From Octopus bimaculoides (lineage: Eukaryota), in the NCBI RefSeq assembly GCF_001194135.2, contig NC_068991.1, forward strand, positions 73,150,622 to 73,214,621: 64,000 bases of DNA. Direction: 5' to 3'. Shown here in pieces: positions 53,087 to 64,000 of the stretch. Positions within the stretch are counted from its first letter, which is position 1, and each line of letters opens with the position of its first letter. Position numbers and translations under genes: made by a program. The notes under the pieces were generated by a model. It was not told the DNA's origin. It did not search any database and was given only the letters and a program-made list of their open reading frames with translations.

Positions 53087-53633
53087 CCAATCGATATTGC
53101 TTTTACTTACCATTTCGTGGTTGTGCTATAAACATGACATATATTCACACTTTGTAGTCTCACCTTTGTAGCATATTTAATTAATGGATACATAAACGTT
53201 GACAGTTTGTAGAAGCTTAGCTTCGAGGTGAGAAATATATTAAGAGTGTTTGGAATAACTGTGTATTTGTTGGAAGTGAGTGTATCGAAGATACAAGCAA
53301 TTGATTTGGGTATTGAAAAAAGATTGTTTCTTCACCAGCGGCATTAATATGGAACTAATGTAAAGGCCTAAGAACAGTAACATTTTCGGGTCTGTTTCAT
53401 GTATCTGTTTAGGATGCAGGACAAGCAAGTTAAAGGGCCCCGTCGAGCGGCACACACCTGGACACGTAACTGGCCAAGAAGAATTATGATACTTGAAATG
53501 TTTAAGGACGTTGGATTCAGTGATTCGTGAATTGAGATATTTGTATTGCATCGAGCAAGATTCATTTTATTGTTACTCCCACTTTCATTTATGCAGTTAA
53601 GAAGAAGTGTTGTTACATTGCAAACTTGTAGCC

Positions 53634-53667
53634 GACGACGCTGTGTTTCACCAATTATCGTCAGGTC
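53634..53667 (-). ncRNA. Degenerate hammerhead-like motif
   Basis: GAC-CUGACGA-UAAUUGGU-GAAA-CACAGCG-UC-GUC. Stem I and the GUC triplet are good, but stem II is absent. Confidence 0.3.
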
Positions 53668-55615
53668 ACCATAAACTAACTGTATGTACGTATGTATATA
53701 NNNNNNNNNNNNNNNNNNNNNNNNNNNNNNNNNNNNNNNNNNNNNNNNNNNNNNNNNNNNNNNNNNNNNNNNNNNNNNNNNNNNNNNNNNNNNNNNNNNN
53801 NNNNNNNNNNNNNNNNNNNNNNNNNNNNNNNNNNNNNNNNNNNNNNNNNNNNNNNNNNNNNNNNNNNNNNNNNNNNNNNNNNNNNNNNNNNNNNNNNNNN
53901 NNNNNNNNNNNNNNNNNNNNNNNNNNNNNNNNNNNNNNNNNNNNNNNNNNNNNNNNNNNNNNNNNNNNNNNNNNNNNNNNNNNNNNNNNNNNNNNNNNNN
54001 NNNNNNNNNNNNNNNNNNNNNNNNNNNNNNNNNNNNNTATATATATATATATATTATTGAGTGCTGTCATAAATTATATGTTCTCACCTTACAAAAATTG
54101 ACCTTCTGCTTAGTTCTAAGTAATTAATATTGTAGAATAAATTTCTATAAATATAACCTCAGTCTTTTCAGCAAGGAATCTTTATTTTCTTTTTATTTTT
54201 TAGTTTTAAAAAATGTATTCTTTTTATACTGTTGCACAATAGCAGAACCAATATATCATGGTGCTTTTCAAATATGACATTAATGTGCATCTTCTCTCTC
54301 CCTTTCACCTTTTCCCGATTACATAATTATCGCTTTATCTTTTTCTGCTTGCCTATAACCTTGTAACTGTATCCACCACCACTTCCTCATCCCCGTTGTC
54401 CTCTTCTTTCTCCTCCTCCTCCTCCTCCTGCCTTGTATGGGAGATATGACATGATTTATTAGATGGGTTTGATTAGTTACTTTAACTTCATGATTAATTT
54501 TTCTACTTCTTAGAAAATTAATTAATTTTTCTCAGTGTGAAAATTATATTCAACTTCATCTTTATCTTTCACTTGCGCCTACGTTCACACACATATGCAA
54601 TACAGATACATATACTCACGCTGTTACACACACTCACGCCCATGTACACACACACGCATACACACACACACACATATATATAAGCATACGCATATATGCT
54701 TACATTTACACATACATTCATACATAGACATACTTTGTCTTATTTTACATATTCATATGTGTGTACATTTGTATATGTGTGTATATGTGTGTATATACAT
54801 GTGTATGTATATAGAATATACTAATCTATATATGTACATACATGTACATACATATGTATATACATATATATATGTATATATATATACATACATATATATT
54901 TACATAGATACGCACACTAACTCATATATATATNNNNNNNNNNNNNNNNNNNNNNNNNNNNNNNNNNNNNNNNNNNNNNNNNNNNNNTATATATATATAT
55001 ATATATATATATGCATATATTCACATACTGGCGTACATACGCAGATGATGCAGCACATTACTGTTATTTGTAAGATATGAACATATTGATTGGGAATCTA
55101 TAAGATATTTTGTAATGTCTATTGATTAAGGTAGTGACTTGTATTATTAACAATAATACAGTTAATTATATTTACAGGATCATTATTGTTAGTTAACAAT
55201 TAGCTGGGGAAAAAAAACTACTTAAACCAAAAGAAAAGGTAATTATAGAAGAGTTATTGATAACACTCGTGTAACTTCGATATGTGTTGCAACAATTTCT
55301 GAGATTTGGAAATGATGTAAAAACTGAAAGGGTTTATCAAGTTAATGAAGCCTAATGCTTTGTTACATATGCATGAGTGCAGTGAAATGTTATTACATGG
55401 AAGAGGAAAAATAAAAATTGTTATGGTATTCCATACATTTACGCAACAGTTTTAGAAACGCGAATTAGATTTGAAATTTCGAGTGGAGTGGAAATCTAAA
55501 AAAGTAACAAATTGTTTTAATAATATCCTCAAGAGCGATTTTCTATGATATTTTGAAAGTTTATTTTCACTAAATGTTTGTATTAATTTTATAGTTATGC
55601 AATTGTATATATAGA

Positions 55616-55779
55616 CGCAGGAATGGCTGTGTGGTAAGCAGCTTGTTTTCCAACCACATGATTCCGGGTTCAGTACCACTGCGTGACACCTTGGGCAAGT
55701 GTCTTTTTCTATAGCCTCGGGCTGACCAAAGAAAGCCTTGTGAGTGGATTTGATAGACGGAAACTGAAACAAGCACATC

Positions 55780-55785
<6 letters not shown>
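55616..55785 (+). mobile_element. Family C SINE 5' half
   Basis: gcaggaatggctgtgtggtaag...gggttcagtaccactgcgtgacaccttgggcaagtg. Confidence 0.88.
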
Positions 55786-55846
<61 letters not shown>

Positions 55847-55934
55847 CGGTAAGATAACAAAAGAAAGAAAGATACCTCGATATTATGTAAATAGAGGAAT
55901 GTATCTGTAATATACTATGTGACAATTATTCGGT

Positions 55935-56375
55935 TGCCATAATAAAACTCCGAGTTACGGATGTCGGGGCGGAGACCTCCACCGGCATCTCTTCAGTTAT
56001 CGAGGCAAACAAAATATGCTATGAAAAATGACCGTTAAACAAAGGGGGTTTTCAGACCGTTTAAGCGGCCCTTCAGAAATTGAACCGCCTTACGATACTC
56101 CTTGGGAGTTCATGGTATGAAATTTATTGTCATTGCTCCGATTTAATCGCCAATGCCATATATTTAATTTAAAATTCAGTACAAATAGGGGAGGTTTGGG
56201 GGGCCCCAATTAAGTGGCCCTTTAAAAAAATAGACCCTCTTAGGACATTGCTTGGGATTAAGGGAGTTGCTGGTTTCAGTTTCGTTGTCCTTGCACCAAT
56301 GGTCTGGGAGGAGTTAACGAACGTAAAAACGTAACGGACAGAGAAATACCACTCAAAATTATATTAATATATATA
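55935..56375. mobile_element. Unclassified non-autonomous DNA element (Helentron/HINE-like?)
   Basis: GC-richer block ending aacgaacgtaaaaacgtaacggacagagaaataccactcaaaattatattaatat; the layout resembles HINE ends (inference). Confidence 0.35.
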
Positions 56376-56482
56376 AATATAAATATAAATATAAATATAT
56401 ATACATGTGTGTGTGAGTGTCTCTGTGTATGTATGTATGTATGCGTGTATGTATGAGGGTGTATTTTTGTTTGTATATGTGT

Positions 56483-56565
56483 GAGGATGTGTGTGTGTGA
56501 GGATGTGTGTGTGTGATGATGTGTGTGTGTGAGGATGTGTGTGTGTGAGGATGTGTGTGTGTGAG
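56483..56565. repeat. 16-bp minisatellite (gaggatgtgtgtgtgt) x5
   Basis: Directly visible. Confidence 0.9.
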
Positions 56566-57534
56566 TGTGCGCGCGCCTGTATGTGTCTGCTTGTGTACAC
56601 GCATAATTCAGTAGTGATCAAACTTACCAAATGTAAATACAAGAATCTCAGGATGAATGAGAGTCGTAAGGCACAGAAAATCTATACATGTATTTGCATT
56701 GGAACAAAGACATTTTCTTACAAATATTTTAACAGAAATAGAGGCTTCTTGTTTTGGTGCAGGGCCAACAGTTTTGATGGAATGATGTCAGACACCAGCG
56801 CTAGAGTTAATTATCTCTGATGCTCTAACGATAGTTACCTTACTGCCTTATTTATATAAGTATTAAGAAATTCTTATATTTAGCAATATTTATTTAATGA
56901 CGATTTTAAAACTAAAAACTTTTATTGGTTTCCATTATCCCAGAGTACACCTACATCGCAAGGTTTCGCAGAATCTCCACTAGTTATTGCTTTAATTATA
57001 ATGAACAAATTTATAACGTAATGAATTACGAGCATACATAAGAAAACTTATGCAAATTTACATTTATGTAAAACGGAAAAAGAGAAAACGTTTGTCTTAG
57101 TAAATGTGTGTTGTAAACTGAGAAAACTGCGAGGGAAATCAAATCAATAAAAACCGAGATATTTTAATCAGATAACGCCTTACAAAATTATGGACTTATA
57201 TTATTTTTTATGATAAAGCAATACTGTAATTAGACTATAAAAGCATTTCTATACTGGCTATCTATCAACAGTCTTGTCGGTTTACATTTTGGCTGAGATC
57301 TACTGAAAATCCAGCAGAGAGGTTAGTTGTTAAAACTGTAAAAAAATATCTCTGTTAGATTACTATAAAGATTATATAATGATTCGTCTTCACAAACTAT
57401 ACGGTGTACAATGGCTTATGGCGGGTCCATGAACTGAAATCTGTGGTAAGTCACAAATTTTCTTCAGTTCAAGATATTTCATTTCTGAAATAACTAGCTT
57501 CCTCAATTAAATTCAAAGTGTGGTTTGTGCGTCA

Positions 57535-57574
<40 letters not shown>

Positions 57575-58157
57575 GCTGTAATTTCGTTAGTTCTCTTTCG
57601 ACAGCTGGTCATTCTAACACAAGATGTTTGATCATTTTAAAATTAGGCGTTAATCAGCTTAATGATAAATGGATATAATGATTTAATCTTACTGTCAACA
57701 CCACAAAGATACATTCACCATGCGTTTTAAGAAAAAGAACATCGCTCTCTCCGGAGAAATACTGCATTACAAAGACAAGCCGGATTTTACTTTTCGGCAG
57801 AGAGATTATCAACTAGTGGCCGAAATTTAACCGAGTATTCTTCCAGTTTGTGGTCTAATATTTCAATATCAGAGAAAGTGCTTACTCTCTCTCTCTCAGG
57901 ACAACAAAGTTGCAAAGTTTCGTGACAATGCTTCTCTTTGGAAAACTCTGATTACATTTTGTAAAGTGGCAAATTCTCTGATGCTAAAGAATAATGTTGT
58001 CTTTCCTTCCGAGGGCCAAGTTTAAAATTCTTAATTTATTTATTATTTTTGAAAGAAAAATATAAGCATGTATCACTTTTTATTTTCCAGACAATAACAA
58101 TAGTAATAACAGTAACAACAAAAACAACAACAACAACAATAATAATAATAATAATAA

Positions 58158-58292
58158 TTACATCGAAAAATACCTTAAGAATGAGAACCCAAGACACCTA
58201 ATGAAGGCTGGAGGGTATATCAGCTGAAACGTTGTGTTAACAACAAACAAGATGTGGACAAATATCCGTTAAATGTAAATAATGTAAATAAT
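58158..58292 (+). mobile_element. Penelope-like terminal repeat carrying a mutated hammerhead (58194-58237)
   Basis: ACAC-CUAAUGA-A-GGCUG(10 nt)CAGCU-GAAA-CG-UU-GUGU, preceded by (AAC/AAT)n. Confidence 0.65.
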
Positions 58293-60792
58293 ATACGATC
58301 CTGTGTAGTGCGGTATGTAGTGTTGATGTTTATGGTATTTGTCGCTAAAAGTCTGTATTATTTGGATCTAACACTGTACATACTACAACTACATTCCTCT
58401 CAGCAAATTCTAGGACATAAAATAACTTCGTTGTATCGGTTTCTTTTATGAACATTTTCAAGTGTCAGTATCTGCTGGTCATTTAATGATGAATTTTAAC
58501 ACATTAATCGAAGAATAATGAAGAGGAAGATGAGAGGAAGTAGAAGAAAATTAACAAGGAGAAGTAGAGAGGAAAGGGAAAATTGCAAAAGAATAGTGGG
58601 TAAAAAAATCCGAAGAAAGGAGAAGAAACGCAGCAATAAATCTCTTGCTTCTGTATATCTTTTCCTGCATCGCATTCTTCATTTTGAATTTCTTCCTTGT
58701 TTGCCACGTATCACATTCTGCTTTTTTTCTTCATCAAATTCAACTAGTTTGCATTCCCCATAATATCTTCACACCGATTTAATAATCATAAAAGTGTCTA
58801 TTTTTGTTCTTCCAATCAATAATCTGTTAATATATTTCGTCTTTTTTCATTTCGCAAACATACACTGTCATAACACGTCTGTAGTGTAATCACTAGCCCA
58901 CACCCACAAGATGAACCAACACAAATGAAAACAAAACTTGAAATAGAAAACATTTTAGTTTGACTAATTCATATGACAAAATTTACGGAGTCACTCATTT
59001 TCTTTGCAAAAATAAATTTTGCCCGACTTAAATATATTGAGTAATTTCAAAATTAATATTCGACTACTTTTAAGTAAAACAATACATGAAAACAAATAAA
59101 TCTCATCGAAATCAACTTTGCCTTTCATCTTTTCGGGATCGATGAAACATTACAAGTCCAAGATGGTAGATTGTGAAAAATGCAAGAATGATGTCTGGCA
59201 GTTTTTTTCTTCTGTTCTTTTCGTCTTGAATTCAAATTCTAACTCAGCTAATTCAAGTGACTTATTACGTCTCTAAGTTTAGTAATGCCGCCCGTTGACT
59301 TACGTAATTTTAGCGGAGTTCCCATGATTACGAACGTTTGTGTTAGGCCTCCGGGTTTTGAGTTATTTTTCACCTTCACACAAATTTGGCATGCAGTGAG
59401 TGGGTTTGTTGCTAGGTGCTGTAAAACAGACATAAGAATTAGTGTTTGTTGCCATGATTTAGTTATTGATACTCTAAAGAATCTTGTCCCTGGGTGTTAG
59501 TAGAACATCACTGATGCGAGTGCAGAAGTTTAAGTATTTCAGGGCCACATTCCCCAGTGATGGGGTGACAGGGGGATGAATTGAATGCTAGAGTTGCACT
59601 TTCTGGCAAAGTAATGCACCAGTTCGAGAATTCGATCCTCAGAAGGGGAGAGATTATTAGAAAAAGCCAAACGACCTTATCTTCAATTCATTCTCTCGTC
59701 ACCCATTGTGAGATATGTTGGGTAATCATAATTAACCTCAGACTATTCGCTGTACTGTAATGAAGCTAAATGTGATACATATATTCATACGTACTATATA
59801 TATCTATGCAATCAAAGCTCCAAACTCGGAATCGATCAACTCTCACTACAATGACAACCCATCCTCCTCCCACTTCCTATCACATTAAACATCTCTCACG
59901 TTAAGTTAACTAATATTTCACCACGCTGTGACTCGCGCCCGCCATCCCTCGCAATGCACATCTCATTTTCAGCTTTTGTAATTCGCAACGTACACCTTTT
60001 CATCTAATCACTCTTTCTCTAACATTCATCCTAATAACTTTTTCAGTCCCATCGGCTATTTCGTTACTATTCTGTCTAAGCATTTATTGTTTGAAACTTC
60101 AGTTCTCACGACAACTGAATTTATCAATTACCAAAGTTTATTGAATCACCCGATTTCTTCAATTCTTGTAGTGTTTCAAATATGATTAATGATATTTGTC
60201 TCCTAATCATAAACTCAAATCGAAGACTTCTGTTTCTCTCCGATCACGAAAACAGCGAAATAGAATAAATTATGTGATCATAACTTTGTACGCTAAATAA
60301 GCCTGTAATTATATCTGAGGGTATCTTTAGATTATTGAAATATGAAGAGGAAATCTATGAATATAACAAATATTAACTTGCTTGCAAAGATGAATGGATT
60401 AACTGATTGTATTATTCCAACAAAGAGACGCACCACTTTCCGAGTGATATTTGATTTAGTTATATATAACGATAGTTAAACAGTACGTTATAAGCAACGG
60501 ATTGGAACATTGAAAGGTATAAAGGAATAAAAATTATTGAAACATATTGCGAACAGTAAATGAAAGGACGTAAATGAAAAGTCTAAGCAAATCAGGGGTT
60601 TCCGTACAGGTGTGTATCTGCCGAGTTATTCTCTTAAAGAACTGGTCAATGAACCAAAAGCCAAGTGGCCGTGCAGTATGCTGGGATTCAGAAACACGTT
60701 GCGTATGCAAATTGTTAATATTAATAACATCTACTTACTGTTTGTATAGCAAAATATGATCTTCTATTCTTTAATACTACAGCTTTCAGTGA

Positions 60793-61006
60793 GGCGGCGA
60801 GCTGGTTAATCGTTAGCACGCCAGGCGAAATGCTTAGCGTCATTTCGTCTGTCTTTACGTTCTGAGTTCAAATTCCGCTGAGGTCGACTTTGCCTTTCAT
60901 CCTTTCGGGGTCGATAAATTAAGTACCAGTTACGCAATGGGGGTCGATCTAATCGACTGACCCCTCTCCCAAAATTTCTGGCCTTGTACCTAGAGTAGAA
61001 AAGAAT
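60793..61006 (+). mobile_element. Young-looking family A SINE between two copies of a 76-bp flank
   Basis: Near-consensus SINE; flanks 60717-60792 and 61004-61079 are ~88% identical. Confidence 0.88.
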
Positions 61007-61079
61007 ATTAATGACATCTACTTACCGTTTGAATATCAAAATATTATCTTCTATTCTTTAATACTACAAGTTTCAGTAC

Positions 61080-61300
61080 GGTGGCGAGCTGGCAGAATCG
61101 TTAGCACGCTTAGCCCAGATGCTTGGCAGCATTTCGTATGTCTTCACCTTCTGAGTTCAATTCCCAACAAGGTTGTCTTTACCTCTTATCCTTTCGGGTT
61201 CCGATAAAGTGAGTACCACTTCAGCACTGGGGTCGACGTAATCGACTTACCCCATCCACCGGAATCGCTGGCTTTGTGCTAGAATTTGGAACTAATATTA
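61080..61300 (+). mobile_element. Older family A SINE with a different tail subtype
   Basis: More diverged body; tail ctttgtgctagaatttggaactaatatt. Confidence 0.8.
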
Positions 61301-61496
61301 CAAATTTCAGTTATTGAAGTAACTCCAAGAGTTCGAGTTACCGTATGTTTTAACTGTAGTGAGTAAAACCTGACGAAGACAAGATATAAAAAGCTGGAAA
61401 ATTGACAAATCGTGTAACTGATAATTGATCGTGAAACAGATTTCAAATTGCTCTTATTTATTTATATGTATTAAGTTAGTTATTATCATAGATCAA

Positions 61497-61790
61497 CGTG
61501 GCTTAGTTGTTACGGTTCATAGCCTTGCTTTTGTGAGTCGTGTCGTTGAGTAAGATACTTTCTTTTCGGTTGCTCGAATCTTCTCAGCTGGCAATAATGA
61601 GTAGTATTTGTTATTCAAAGGGGACAGTCTTCTTACATTCTGTTTCACGCTGAAACTTCCCTGGAGCTATATTTAAGGTACACGTGTCTGTGTACCTGTG
61701 CTCAGCTACTTGCACTTTAATTTCCCGAGCAGGCTGTTCCGTTGATCTCATCAACTGGAAATCTCGTCTACGTAACCGACAAAATGCCAG
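61497..61790 (+). mobile_element. Degenerate family B SINE
   Basis: Tail aaggtacacgtgtctgtg..gctcagctacttgcac..gagcaggctgttccgttgatc matches 4025-4100. Confidence 0.65.
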
Positions 61791-62479
61791 GTAGTTGGTT
61801 AGTACTTTCGACAACATGTCTATTCTAATCATCACCCTTATAATGCATTGCTGAGCATTTGGTAGGCTATGACGTTTGCTGTTCACTCCGAAATCCTGAT
61901 ACCAAATCAAGCAATCACAGCTTTTCTGTGAACAAATCAACCGACGAAACGAAAGATTACTGGCGAAAAGATGCTAATTAGTCGATCAAAAATGTATTGC
62001 GCTCCATCAAGATAAAGCATGCTGCCATACGACAAGAACCAGTTGTTCAGAGATTAGAAGCTTTGGCTTGGATATCGGGCATATTTGTCCTATCTGTCTG
62101 TCCTTGCACTGTCAGCTTATTTCAAAGCTGGAACATTTCGTTGGAAATACATGCCGTGATTGAGTAAATGCATTGACATTGATTACACAAAGCAAAATAT
62201 TGCTTGGAATGTGAGATTACATATCAGATAAAGTTAGCATTTGATATATAACTTGTAACCTTTAAATCTCAGAACGAAAATCGACATTACTTTCGAGATG
62301 ACTTGATATATACATATTCATATGTATATATACATATACGTATGTATATCTATATCTATCTCTCTCTATATATACATACACACACACACATATATATATA
62401 AATAGATAGACAGATAGATAGATAGATATACATACATATACATATTCATAGGTGTAAATATATGTGTGTGTGTATGTAT

Positions 62480-62522
<43 letters not shown>

Positions 62523-62538
62523 AAAAATAATAATAATC

Positions 62539-62587
<49 letters not shown>

Positions 62588-62751
62588 TGTTTTGAATGGC
62601 GCAACAATGCATTGCTATGCCATTCAAAACACATAATTATTATTTATTAATTTTTAAAAACAATACACAATGCTTCAAGCGAACTACAATACTCTCCTAT
62701 AAATGTGCGTGTGTGTGTGTATGTGTGTGTGTGTGTGTATGTATGTGTGTG

Positions 62752-62782
<31 letters not shown>

Positions 62783-62883
62783 ATATATATAAGTGATAGT
62801 TAAACTATATATATATATATTATAGATGGTTAATCCATATATACATACATGTGTATATAGACATATATAAATATATACATATT

Positions 62884-62935
<52 letters not shown>

Positions 62936-62944
62936 CATATATAT

Positions 62945-63192
62945 GGAGGTTGTCTACTCCTTAAACAGAGTTTGACCACCTCCTGCACCTACACCTTAGC
63001 CCTTTCATGGCGTCTGATGTGGCTTTTTAAACCAGACAGTGTTTTGAAAAAACACCCACACAGATTGCACCTCTGATTTGCACTACCAATTCCTGCAAGT
63101 AAGTTCTGCTCATTGTGGATCCTAACATGTCTTTTAAGACCCCCATTGGATTTGCAAACCCTCTGGCACACACCACATTCAAACGTGTGCAC
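62945..63192 (-). mobile_element. LINE (RTE-like) 3' end encoding two C2H2 zinc fingers, truncated by a gap
   Basis: FECGVCQRVCKSNGGLKRHVRIH and RCNLCGCFFKTLSGLKSHIRRH*, with no TGEKP linker. A 3' stem-loop (62945-62983) follows, then a (TA)n tail. Confidence 0.65.
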
Positions 63193-63628
63193 NNNNNNNN
63201 NNNNNNNNNNNNNNNNNNNNNNNNNNNNNNNNNNNNNNNNNNNNNNNNNNNNNNNNNNNNNNNNNNNNNNNNNNNNNNNNNNNNNNNNNNNNNNNNNNNN
63301 NNNNNNNNNNNNNNNNNNNNNNNNNNNNNNNNNNNNNNNNNNNNNNNNNNNNNNNNNNNNNNNNNNNNNNNNNNNNNNNNNNNNNNNNNNNNNNNNNNNN
63401 NNNNNNNNNNNNNNNNNNNNNNNNNNNNNNNNNNNNNNNNNNNNNNNNNNNNNNNNNNNNNNNNNNNNNNNNNNNNNNNNNNNNNNNNNNNNNNNNNNNN
63501 NNNNNNNNNNNNNNNNNNNNNNNNNNNNNNNNNNNNNNNNNNNNNNNNNNNNNNNNNNNNNNNNNNNNNNNNNNNNNNNNNNNNNNNNNNNNNNNNNNNN
63601 NNNNNNNNNNNNNNNNNNNNNNNNNNNN

Positions 63629-63697
<69 letters not shown>

Positions 63698-64000
63698 GAA
63701 GCATTCCGAATAGGAGAAAGAAAAGCATTACTATACTATATCACTTAACCGATATGTCATTTTACTTTTTATCCTGAGCGTAGATTCCGTTGTTTTGTAT
63801 TCTTTAGAATAAATATGATTATAAAAAGAAGAAAGGGAATAAAACTCTGCTACTGTTACAAAAAATAAATATTAACGATATAGAATGTAGCTGCAAGTAA
63901 TGAAATAACAAGGAGGGGAACCACTATCTTTATCTTCAAGATTATTGGGTGTTTGCTAAACGATCACGGCTCCATATTACCGTCTTACGAAATATATAAA

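Noticed and set aside
57371-57445. Strong donor gtg|gtaagt after FVFTNYTVYNGLWRVHELKSV
   Set aside because: There is no AG acceptor downstream of the in-frame stops.
57780-57860. Minus-strand KFRPLVDNL, resembling the piggyBac K.RPL.D.L motif
   Set aside because: The match is too short and has no flanking motifs.

Overview
AT-rich eukaryotic genomic DNA, dense in microsatellites, with about 18 N-gaps that mostly abut simple repeats. The SINE families and repeat style suggest a coleoid cephalopod, probably Octopus (inference). There is no intact long ORF; nearly all ORF-track entries are microsatellite or N artefacts. The window looks intronic or intergenic. It holds three tRNA-derived SINE families, five Tc1/mariner relics, a Tigger-like MITE, a Gypsy gag-protease relic with two solo-LTR-like repeats, and two RTE-like LINE 3' ends, one encoding two C2H2 fingers. 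Several short plus-strand segments have good splice signals and could be micro-exons of a host gene, but no gene can be named. The most notable signal is a set of Penelope-type minimal hammerhead ribozyme motifs. Two sit in the arms of a ~365-bp near-perfect foldback element (42610-42974), and more degenerate ones lie at 52.2, 53.05, 53.65 and 58.2 kb. Also notable: an apparent ~76-bp target-site duplication around a SINE, a recurrent SINE dimer junction, and a pre-miRNA-like hairpin. Repeat boundaries were read by eye and are approximate.
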